From the NCBI GenBank assembly GCA_963729895.1, contig CAVSQB010000011.1, forward strand, positions 96,001 through 160,000: a stretch of DNA of 64,000 bases, written 5' to 3'. The notes under the pieces are model-generated. The model saw only the letters and a program-made list of their open reading frames with translations. It was not told where the DNA came from and did no database searches. Within the stretch, counting starts at the first letter, position 1. Each line of letters starts with the position of its first letter. Source of the DNA: an uncultured Fibrobacterota bacterium. GTDB lineage: Bacteria > Fibrobacterota > Chitinivibrionia > Chitinivibrionales > FEN-1185. The position numbers and the translations under genes were made by a program. Of the stretch, positions 18,820-27,137 are shown piece after piece.

Positions 18820-21228
18820 ATGGAATCAATAAAGCAGTCTTATCACCGGTATCTCCGGTATTTTCTCGCAAAGGACGATGCAACCGCCACGCCCCACGAC
18901 AGGTATATGGCGCTCTCCTACGCCGTGCGCAGCGAAATGGTTGACCGGTGGATAGAAACCCAGCGCGGTTACCACCGCACAAACGTAAAGCGCGTCTATT
19001 TCCTTTCCATGGAATACATCTTTGGGAGGAGTCTGCCGCAGAATATCCTGAGTCTTGACATTGAGAAAGACGTGACCGCGCTGGCCGGAGAGCTCGGTTT
19101 CTCCCTCAAAGAAATTTGCAACCAGGAAGATTCTTTCGATCTGGGAAACGGCGGCAAGGCAAGGCTCGCAGCATGCCTTCAGGATGCGATGGCAACTGCC
19201 GGGCTTCCGGCGATGGCCTACGGCCTGAGATACGATTACGGCCAGTTCCACCAGGCGATAGAAGGCGGCGTGCAGGTGGAAAAGCCGTACAACTGGCTGC
19301 ACAAGGGCCATCCGTGGGAGGTTATACGTCCAGAATATTCCTGCGAAGTAAATTTCTACGGGTCTGCCGACCGTGCCGGCAGGGCCGACAACCCGCTGGC
19401 CGGAGTGTGGAAAGATCCCGAGCGGGTGGTTGCGGTCCCGTACGATTTTCCGATTGCCGGCTTTAGAAACTCCACCGTCAATACCCTGCGTTTGTGGGTC
19501 GCGCGCGCGTCCGAGGAGTTTTTGCCCGATTATGCAAATCACGGCGACTACCTGCGGGCTTGTGAAGACAAGTCGCGCTCCGGCACCATAACCAAAGTCC
19601 TGTTCCCTGATGAAGATGTCCTGAGGGCCACGGAACTGAGGCTCAAACAGCAATTTTTCCTGGTGAGCGCTTCGCTGCAGGACATACTAAGGCGTTTCAA
19701 GACCGGCAACGCCGATCTTCTGAAACTCGATGAAAAAGTGGTCATACAACTGAGCGGCAGCAACTGCGCCCTGGCCGTTCCCGAACTGGTTCGCCAGCTT
19801 GTTGACATCGAAAACGTGCCGTGGAACAAGGCATGGAACGTGGTTACCAGGGTATTCGCCTACACGAGCAACGCGGTGTCGCGCGAGCACCTGGAAGCCT
19901 GGCCGGTGTACCTCATGTCGCAGATATTTCCTCGGCACATGCAGATCATTTACGAAATCAACCAGATCCACCTTACCGGGGTCCGCGAAAAATACGGCGA
20001 CAACAACGACCTGATCCGCGATCTTTCGCTCATTGCAGAAGGCGAGGTAAGGCGCGTGAAACTCGGCCATCTCGCCGCCCTGGGTTCCGGTGTCGTAAAC
20101 GGGGTGTCCGGCGCGCAAACCGAAATGCTCAAGACGTCGGTGCTGCCGGAATTCATGGTAGTGTCGCCCGGGAAATTCCAGACCAAAACAAACGGCGTTT
20201 CCCACCGGCGCTGGTTGCTGTGCGCGAACCGTGCGCTTGGGGACCTGATTTCCGGCGCCATAGGCGACGGGTGGATCAAGCGGCCGGAGGAACTGATCAA
20301 GCTCGAGGCGTTTGCATCGGATGCGGCGTTTCTCGAAAAGACCGCGAGCGTGCGGTTCGAGGCGAAGCGGGCGCTTGCGGAGTACATCAAGTTGACAACG
20401 GGCATTACCGTTGACCCGCAGGCAATGTTCGACGTGCAATGCAAGAAGATTCACCAGTACAAGCGCCAGGTCCTGCACGTGCTCCATATACTGTCGCGGT
20501 ATCTGCGGGTCAAGCGGGGAGAGGTTCCCGCGGCCAACCGGGTGCACATCTTTGCCGGAAAAGCGGCGCCATCGGATCAATTGGCCAAACAGATCATCAG
20601 GCTTATCAACCTCGCCGGGGAAATCGTGAATAACGATCCGGAGGTTAGCGGAGCCATCAAGGTTGTGTTTTTGCCGGACTACGGGGTTACTGTGGCCGAG
20701 AAGATCGTCCCGGCCGCCGATCTCTCGGAGCAGATAGCCACGCCCGGACAGGAAGCGAGCGGCACCGGTAACTCAAAGTTCGCCATCAACGGCGGACTGC
20801 TCATGGCCAGCAAGAGCGGGTCGAACATAGAGATAATCGACCGTGTGGGAGCGGAAAATGTCTTTGTGTTCGGCAGAAGCTCCGCGGAACTTCCTTCTGT
20901 CAACGCTTATCAGGCCTACGACGTGCTGTCGGCCAGCGCGGCGCTCTCCGCAGTTTTCAAACTCCTCCAGGAACAACTAGACCGCCTTCCGCCGAACGCA
21001 GTAAGCTTTCGCCCGCTCCTGTCGACGCTCATGGATTCGGACCGCTATTTCGTGCTTCTCGACTTTGACGATTATGTCCGCAAGCAGAATGAGGCCGATG
21101 TGCTGTTCGGTACGTCGAGGGAGTGGACGAAAAGAGGTCTTGTGAATATCGCGCGCTGCGGCTATTTTTCTATTGACAGGACAATCGGCGAATACGCGGC
21201 CGATATCTGGAAAGTAAAGCGGCAATAA
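18820..21228 (+). CDS. glgP: Glycogen/alpha-glucan phosphorylase family (GT35) protein with many catalytic motifs degenerate
   Basis: 802 aa, colinear with GT35 motifs: LGNGG..RLAAC, ELRLKQ, KTNG...RRWL, HQYKRQ, GKAAP and EASGTGNSKF (the PLP lysine). See the findings for the substitutions. Confidence 0.9.
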   Translation: MESIKQSYHRYLRYFLAKDDATATPHDRYMALSYAVRSEMVDRWIETQRGYHRTNVKRVYFLSMEYIFGRSLPQNILSLDIEKDVTALAGELGFSLKEICNQEDSFDLGNGGKARLAACLQDAMATAGLPAMAYGLRYDYGQFHQAIEGGVQVEKPYNWLHKGHPWEVIRPEYSCEVNFYGSADRAGRADNPLAGVWKDPERVVAVPYDFPIAGFRNSTVNTLRLWVARASEEFLPDYANHGDYLRACEDKSRSGTITKVLFPDEDVLRATELRLKQQFFLVSASLQDILRRFKTGNADLLKLDEKVVIQLSGSNCALAVPELVRQLVDIENVPWNKAWNVVTRVFAYTSNAVSREHLEAWPVYLMSQIFPRHMQIIYEINQIHLTGVREKYGDNNDLIRDLSLIAEGEVRRVKLGHLAALGSGVVNGVSGAQTEMLKTSVLPEFMVVSPGKFQTKTNGVSHRRWLLCANRALGDLISGAIGDGWIKRPEELIKLEAFASDAAFLEKTASVRFEAKRALAEYIKLTTGITVDPQAMFDVQCKKIHQYKRQVLHVLHILSRYLRVKRGEVPAANRVHIFAGKAAPSDQLAKQIIRLINLAGEIVNNDPEVSGAIKVVFLPDYGVTVAEKIVPAADLSEQIATPGQEASGTGNSKFAINGGLLMASKSGSNIEIIDRVGAENVFVFGRSSAELPSVNAYQAYDVLSASAALSAVFKLLQEQLDRLPPNAVSFRPLLSTLMDSDRYFVLLDFDDYVRKQNEADVLFGTSREWTKRGLVNIARCGYFSIDRTIGEYAADIWKVKRQ

Positions 21229-21324
21229 ACGGCAGCCGCCTCCATGCTTCGGTCGCGGGCCATTCCTATCCTGCATTATTCATAATTCATGCAGAGCGGG
21301 CAGAGTAACGATCGCGTTTTTCTT

Positions 21325-23070
21325 ATGAAAAAAGAAGAAAAGCTCACGGGCATTGCCATTGTCGGGGGAAAAGGCCTCGGGAATGCCTATTTTGTCGGCC
21401 GCGGGGTGGAGCAGCCTTCGGCCGTTTCCATTTCCAGGCAGGATGTGGGCGACCAGATCATGCGGTTCAACGAGATCCGCGAAAAAGCAAAAAAAGAGTA
21501 CGGCCAACTGGCGAAACAGGCGGTTTCTTCCGTAACGCCTTCGATCCTTCCGATCTACGAACACATCCTGGACGATCCGTCGTTCATCGGCCAGGTGGTG
21601 GAAACGATTTCCACCAAGCTGTACGACCTTGAGACTTCGGTCCGGCTGGTCCTCAACGACCTTGTCAAACGATTCAACTCCGCCGGAACTCCGTATCTCC
21701 GGGAGCGCAGCGGCGACATCGTCGAGGTTTGCGAAAAGCTGATTTCCTATTTGTATCAGGACGACGGAAGGGCCAAGAGTTTCATGGAACCCGTTGTTCT
21801 CGTGGTGCTGAGAACATTCACTCCCTCCGACATTCTTTCCTACGACAAGTCGATGATCCGGGCGGTGATCAGCGCAAGCGGCGGCAAGACCTCGCATGCG
21901 GCGATCATCGCACGCGCCTATTCGATACCCGTGGTTTCCGGGATAAAGGACATTGAGAAGAGCGTGTGTCCGGGTGACCAGCTCTTTGTGGATGCGGACA
22001 AGGGCGTTGTTCACGTGAGGCCGAGCGCGGCTGTGGTGAGCAAGGTGCCGCGGCAGAGGGCGTTGCAGGATGAGTTGGAAAAGCTGCAAAACAAGTGGCA
22101 GCGGCCGGTTTACACGCGGGACGGCATTCACATTGAAGTGCTGGCCAATATTTCGCTTCCCGAGGATGTTGAAGAGGCGAACCGCTGCGGCGCGGACGGC
22201 ATAGGACTCGTACGTACCGAATATTTGCTTTCGAACAGAAAGAGTTTCCCGGACGAGGCCGCGCAATGCTCCTACTACGAAAAAATCTTCGCAGGCATTG
22301 GGAACAAGCACTGCGTGATAAGAATCATGGACATCGGCGGCGATAAGGTCCCGGAGTTTTTCGACATGCCCGCCGAATTCAACCCATTCATGGGGTGGCG
22401 CGCCATCCGGATCCTTCTCGAACGCAAGGACCTTTTTGAAACGCAGTTGTCGGCCATCATGAAGGCGGGGAAGAAGCAGGATTATTCCATTATGGTTCCC
22501 ATGGTCACTACATTACAGGAATGGCTGGAAGCAAAGAAAGTGATAGCTGCCGTTGCGTCCAATCTTGGTGTGAAAATGCCTCAGTGCGGAGTGCTCTTTG
22601 AGGTGCCTCTTGCCATCCTCGAAATGAACACGTTTATGAAAGAGATTGATTTTGCTTCTATTGGGACAAACGATCTCATCCAATATCTGAGCGCTGCAGA
22701 CCGAAACAACTCCAAAGTGAACTATCTTTACAATCCAATTGAGCCTGCGTTTCTCCGGATTATCAAGAACGCCATCAACGTATCGAAAGACAACGGCAAA
22801 CCTCTTTCGATCTGCGGTGAAATGGCGGGGAATGCGTTCCATTCCATTTTGCTCGTCGGACTCGGGCTCAAACGGTTCAGCGTCATTCCAAGGACTATTC
22901 CCATTCTGAAAGAGCTGATTTCACGCGTGAGTTTTGCTGAGGCCGCAGAAAGCGTTTCCCACATCGATTCCCTCGACTCAACCGAGGAAGTTTCCAGGTG
23001 GCTCAAGAGCCTGCACAAGCGGCTTCTTGGAGAACTGCTTGACAAACTTCCGCTTACCGCAGAAGTGTAG
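21325..23070 (+). CDS. ptsI: Phosphoenolpyruvate-protein phosphotransferase (PTS enzyme I)
   Basis: TSHAAI phospho-His motif, GIGLVRTE, DIGGDK, NPFMGWRAIR, SIGTNDLIQY and ICGEMAG. There is no N-terminal GAF. The start is 21325 or 21289. Confidence 0.95.
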   Translation: MKKEEKLTGIAIVGGKGLGNAYFVGRGVEQPSAVSISRQDVGDQIMRFNEIREKAKKEYGQLAKQAVSSVTPSILPIYEHILDDPSFIGQVVETISTKLYDLETSVRLVLNDLVKRFNSAGTPYLRERSGDIVEVCEKLISYLYQDDGRAKSFMEPVVLVVLRTFTPSDILSYDKSMIRAVISASGGKTSHAAIIARAYSIPVVSGIKDIEKSVCPGDQLFVDADKGVVHVRPSAAVVSKVPRQRALQDELEKLQNKWQRPVYTRDGIHIEVLANISLPEDVEEANRCGADGIGLVRTEYLLSNRKSFPDEAAQCSYYEKIFAGIGNKHCVIRIMDIGGDKVPEFFDMPAEFNPFMGWRAIRILLERKDLFETQLSAIMKAGKKQDYSIMVPMVTTLQEWLEAKKVIAAVASNLGVKMPQCGVLFEVPLAILEMNTFMKEIDFASIGTNDLIQYLSAADRNNSKVNYLYNPIEPAFLRIIKNAINVSKDNGKPLSICGEMAGNAFHSILLVGLGLKRFSVIPRTIPILKELISRVSFAEAAESVSHIDSLDSTEEVSRWLKSLHKRLLGELLDKLPLTAEV

Positions 23071-23213
23071 CGACCCTGTTTGGAACTTTTGGGCTGGGGG
23101 AGCGGCGTAGAGCCGTGATTTTGCGGGTGTGCTTGTGGGAAGCCCCAAGTAATTTGCCTTATTTTGTGCTGCATTCATAAGCGCGAGAGGGAAGCCTGCG
23201 GCGTTTTCTTGAA

Positions 23214-23334
23214 AAGAGACCACGCCCTATAGGCGTGGAGCACAACGTTACGAAAAAGCACTGACGTGCTTTCTTTGATTTCGTGGGTTTTACCCCCTCA
23301 TCAAAGCCACGGCCTATGGCCGTGGTTCTTTACT
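23214..23334. mobile_element. Putative non-autonomous IS200/IS605-like miniature element (PATE-like)
   Basis: Two related hairpins, CCACGCC-CTATA-GGCGTGG (23220-23238) and CCACGGCC-TAT-GGCCGTGG (within 23305-23327), lie ~65 bp apart. The minus strand begins GTAAAGAACCACGGCCATAGGCCGTGGCTTTG, like IS605/IscB-type ends. Confidence 0.55.
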
Positions 23335-23342
23335 CGTCAATG

Positions 23343-23367
23343 CCCCCTAAATCCCCCGAAGGGGGAC
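23343..23367. repeat. Short REP-like hairpin
   Basis: CCCCCTAAATCCCCC-GAA-GGGGGAC: a C-run followed by a GC hairpin, the same layout as the 26121 copy. Confidence 0.45.
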
Positions 23368-23461
23368 GTATCGGAAAAAGCATTTGGATGACAACATCAG
23401 CGCCTTGCAAGCGGGGCGAATAAAGAAAGATGCAAAATGCAGAAGTAGGCTCGACACCGTC

Positions 23462-24286
23462 TTATTTCCCCGGCCGGAGCAGTATCCTGGAAAAGAACAG
23501 CAGGTGGAATTCCAGGTTTGTCCGTGCGTATGAGGGATCGTGGCCGCCCGGCCTCTCATAATATTCGTGCCTGATGCCGAGGGCGATGAGCTTTTCGTGG
23601 GCTTTTCTGTTTCCGGCAAGTGCAAAATCGGAAACCCCGCAGTCGAGAATGATGCCCTTGTTGAGACCGCCGAGTTTTTCGCATAGCGTGAGAAAGGAAT
23701 TTTCTTTCCACGCAGCCGCGTTTTCCCGGATGTCGCCCAGGACCGCCGACAAATCCCACTGGCCGGGAAACTCGGAAAGTTCCATGATGCCGCTGATGCT
23801 TCCGGCGCCGCAGAACAGATCCGGGTGCCTTGCCAGCAGCGTTGTCGCTCCGTGTCCGCCCATGCTCGAGCCGATGACGGCGCGCCCTTGCGCCCCGGCC
23901 CAGGTGCGATAGTTCTTGTCGATAAAGGGCAGGACGCCTTTGACGATGTAGGATTCAAATTGCGATTCCGGCTTGACCCGACTGTCTATGTACCACGAAT
24001 TGAAATTGCCGTCAGGGCATACAAAGATGATCCGGTACCTGTCTGCGTACGCGTCGATTGACGCAACCTTTGACCACGTTGAGTAATCTCCACTGTAGCC
24101 GTGAAGCAAATAAACAACCGAAAAATGATTGGTGCTATTCTTGTATTCATCAGGGGTTACGATTGTCGCCTTAAAGCTCTTCTTCATGCCTTGGCTGGGG
24201 ATGGAGACGACTGATTCCTGCGCAGGGTAGGCCGCGGCACATACAAGCAGGCAAAAAAATAGATGTTGACAAAGGAATTTCTTCAT
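23462..24286 (-). CDS. Secreted esterase (alpha/beta hydrolase, FrmB/tributyrin-esterase-like)
   Basis: Signal-peptide-like N-terminus, VVYLLHG, nucleophile motif GSSMGG, CGVSD and PGGH. Confidence 0.85.
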   Translation of the reverse strand: MKKFLCQHLFFCLLVCAAAYPAQESVVSIPSQGMKKSFKATIVTPDEYKNSTNHFSVVYLLHGYSGDYSTWSKVASIDAYADRYRIIFVCPDGNFNSWYIDSRVKPESQFESYIVKGVLPFIDKNYRTWAGAQGRAVIGSSMGGHGATTLLARHPDLFCGAGSISGIMELSEFPGQWDLSAVLGDIRENAAAWKENSFLTLCEKLGGLNKGIILDCGVSDFALAGNRKAHEKLIALGIRHEYYERPGGHDPSYARTNLEFHLLFFSRILLRPGK

Positions 24287-24331
24287 GAGGAGCGGCCCGA
24301 AGGATCCGGCACTTTCCAAAAGAACGAGACG

Positions 24332-24883
24332 CTAGTTTCGTTCCATGCCGATAAGATTGAGAAACTCGTCGCGCGTGACGTGTTCGGACCTGAAACTGCC
24401 GAGCATGGCTGAGGTGATCATCTTGGAATTCTGTTTTGTGACCCCTCGCATCATCATGCACAGGTGCTGCGCCTCGATGACGACACCGACTCCTTCGGCC
24501 TTTATGGGCTTCATGAGGCATGAGGCGATCTGCTGCGTCAGCCTTTCTTGCACCTGGAGCCTCCTGGAAAAACAATCCACGAGCCTGGCAAGCTTGCTCA
24601 CGCCGTAGACCTTGTTCTTGGCAATGTAGCCGATGTGGCACCTGCCGAAAAAGGGGAGCATGTGGTGTTCGCACATGCTGTATACTTCGATGTCTCTCAC
24701 TATGATCATGTGGTCGCACGGTTCGTGGAAAATCGCGCGCTTCAAGATAGCGCAGGGATCTTCTTTGTATCCCTGCATAAGATATTCCATCGAGCGTTTC
24801 ACGCGGGCCGGCGTGTTGCGCAGCCCCTCTCGGTTGGGGTCCTCGCCGATATGCCTGAGAATCTTTCGAATCGAGTCTTCCAT
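24332..24883 (-). CDS. folE: GTP cyclohydrolase I
   Basis: Motifs GEDPNREGL..TP.RV, SMCEHHMLPF, RRLQVQERLT and HLCMMMRGV. Confidence 0.97.
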   Translation of the reverse strand: MEDSIRKILRHIGEDPNREGLRNTPARVKRSMEYLMQGYKEDPCAILKRAIFHEPCDHMIIVRDIEVYSMCEHHMLPFFGRCHIGYIAKNKVYGVSKLARLVDCFSRRLQVQERLTQQIASCLMKPIKAEGVGVVIEAQHLCMMMRGVTKQNSKMITSAMLGSFRSEHVTRDEFLNLIGMERN

Positions 24884-25000
24884 GGAAGCCCGCTGAGCGA
24901 GTGGACGGAAACAACAAAACCGGCAGCCTTAACATCATAATATATATTTTGATTCGTACCTTGGTGAACACACGTTTCGTACCGAAAGGCTCTGGCCGGA

Positions 25001-26056
25001 ATGATTTCGGGCGATTCCTACAAATCCTACTCCAAAGCCTTGTTCCTCCTTGTGGCGCTGGTTGTGGTGTTGTTTATCGGAACCGGCGTTCTCAAGATTG
25101 TACTGTCTCCGGCAAGGCCGATACGGGCTCTTTTTGGAGCGGAAGTGGTGGATGGCGTCCAGTATCGTGAAGAGCAGAAGGATTCGGTCACCAAGCGGCT
25201 TGCAGGATTCTGGCAGAACACCACTGTCGATACGGTAATTCCGTTTGTGCAAACGACTGATAAAATTGAGTTGAAGCCCAACGGGATATTCTGGAAAGTG
25301 GAGATCACACGCATTGCTTTGCCCTCAGGAGATTCCACATCCTGGATCGAAACAGCAACCGGGTATATGAGACCTTACTATCACACCGGTTCTGTTCCCG
25401 ACAGCATTTCCGGTCAAATCCACTTTATAGGCAAGGCCGTGGCAACGAGGTTGGAAACATGCTATGTGGCCATTCCGCGAACGGATGTGTCAACATTGCT
25501 TCTTCCTCAGTTGCAGTCCAAGCCGAAGGGGGGGAGTGACACAATAGTTGTGGATACGATATGGCACCTTGTAAGCGACGGGAAACGTCTTCTGCTCGGC
25601 AACAAGCTGTTTTCCGGTTACGATACGTCCGGACCGGCGTTGTACTCCTTTTTTCCAAAGGGTAGCACGGAATTGATCAACAACATTCACCTCGTAGGGT
25701 GCGGAACCGCATCGTCCCCGGAATCGATCATCAAACGTGATCTTACTGCAGACTTTGGAAGGATGTCGGTATCATCCCGTTCACAGGATGATCTTCTGGT
25801 TGAAATCAAAAGATACTACAGAATTCTATTCGCACAAAATCTTGCCCAACGGGTTACCGTATTCAAAAAGGGGAAAGCTGAACTCATGTTTTGCGTCACC
25901 GGGTCCGGAAAAGTGGCCGGGCCGATACGCGTCAAGAGCAATCCGTGGAACATGAAGCTCGACAAGGAACTCAAGCAGGAAGTGCAGACATGGGTCTTTC
26001 CTTCGTGTCCGGCGCAGGGAGAACCGGTGAAAGTGTCGTTTACGGTTAACTATTAG
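25001..26056 (+). CDS. Membrane-anchored hypothetical protein with a TonB-C/AgmX-like C-terminal domain
   Basis: N-terminal TM segment. The C-terminus KGKAELMFCVTGSGKV...LD...VQTWVFP...VKVSFTVNY resembles TonB C-terminal domains. Confidence 0.55.
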   Translation: MISGDSYKSYSKALFLLVALVVVLFIGTGVLKIVLSPARPIRALFGAEVVDGVQYREEQKDSVTKRLAGFWQNTTVDTVIPFVQTTDKIELKPNGIFWKVEITRIALPSGDSTSWIETATGYMRPYYHTGSVPDSISGQIHFIGKAVATRLETCYVAIPRTDVSTLLLPQLQSKPKGGSDTIVVDTIWHLVSDGKRLLLGNKLFSGYDTSGPALYSFFPKGSTELINNIHLVGCGTASSPESIIKRDLTADFGRMSVSSRSQDDLLVEIKRYYRILFAQNLAQRVTVFKKGKAELMFCVTGSGKVAGPIRVKSNPWNMKLDKELKQEVQTWVFPSCPAQGEPVKVSFTVNY

Positions 26057-26120
26057 GGCGGCTTTTTTAATAACCTTGTGGTGGCTGAAGGCCGGAGTCA
26101 GGTTAGGCGCACATCAAGAA

Positions 26121-26161
26121 CCTCACCCCCTTTCCCCCTCTCCCACAAGGAGAGGGGTGAG
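26121..26161. repeat. REP-like hairpin
   Basis: CCTCACCCCCTTTCCCCCTCTCC-CACAA-GGAGAGGGGTGAG; same family as 2839-2906. Confidence 0.65.
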
Positions 26162-26220
26162 AGCCATAAATAAACAAAGAACGGTATCTTCAAACGATTC
26201 GGCAGTCAGGAACGAGGCAC

Positions 26221-27045
26221 ATGGACAAACTGGAAGAACTTAAGAGAATAATCGCGCACTGGGAGTCCGCCGTGGTCGCATTTTCCGGCGGCGTGGATAG
26301 CACGTTTCTGGCGTGGGCGTGCGCGTCGGTGCTTGGCGAGAAAGTCCTGCTGGTCACGGCGCAGTCGTCCACCTATCCGGCGTCGGAACTCGACGGCGCA
26401 AAGCAATCCGCAAAGATCCTCGGGTGCAAGCACCGGGTGATAGTGTCGGAGGAAACCGACATACCGGGGTTTTCCGACAACACGCCCAACCGGTGTTATT
26501 TCTGCAAGAGCGAGCTTTTCACCAAGATCCGGACCATCGCCGGGGAAGAAGGGTATGCCGTTGTTTTTGACGGCAGCAATATGGACGATACCCGCGACTA
26601 CCGTCCCGGAAGGCAGGCGCTCGCGGAGCTGGGCATCCGGTCGCCGCTGATCGAGGCAAAATTGACAAAAGATGAAATACGTTCCTACTCGAAGCAGGCC
26701 GGCCTGCCCACGGCCTCCAAACCCTCGTTTGCCTGTCTCGCGTCGCGTTTTCCCTACGGCGAGCGCATCACGAGGGACAAGCTGGACAGGGTGGGAATGG
26801 CCGAACAGACGCTGCGCCTGATGGGGTTCACGCAATTCCGGGTTCGCAGCCACGGCGATGTGGCCAGGCTTGAGTTTGTGGAGACCGAAATGGACAAGGG
26901 CTGGCAGCAGCGGCGGGTGATTGAAGACGCGCTCAAGCAGGCCGGGTTTACCTATGTGGCGGTTGACACAAGGGGATACCGGACGGGTGCGATGAACGAG
27001 GCGCTGGGCGAGAAGAATGCCAGGGGCTCCTCGCCGGGCGCTTGA
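26221..27045 (+). CDS. larE: ATP-dependent sulfur transferase LarE (PP-loop)
   Basis: Motifs AFSGGVDS, RCYFCK, DYRPG, KPSFACLASRFPYG, FRVRSH and GYRTGAMN. Confidence 0.93.
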   Translation: MDKLEELKRIIAHWESAVVAFSGGVDSTFLAWACASVLGEKVLLVTAQSSTYPASELDGAKQSAKILGCKHRVIVSEETDIPGFSDNTPNRCYFCKSELFTKIRTIAGEEGYAVVFDGSNMDDTRDYRPGRQALAELGIRSPLIEAKLTKDEIRSYSKQAGLPTASKPSFACLASRFPYGERITRDKLDRVGMAEQTLRLMGFTQFRVRSHGDVARLEFVETEMDKGWQQRRVIEDALKQAGFTYVAVDTRGYRTGAMNEALGEKNARGSSPGA

Positions 27046-27137
27046 GGGAGGCGACGGGCGTCCAGGGTGAAGGTTTTGCAGCGAGCTTCCTGCGGCGCAA
27101 CGGCCGAGTGAGTGATGTGTTTGACCGGAGACATTAG

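Noticed and set aside
18820..21228. Calling the phosphorylase homologue a pseudogene
   Set aside because: It is full length with no frameshift or internal stop and has a plausible promoter. The structural motifs and the PLP lysine are retained.
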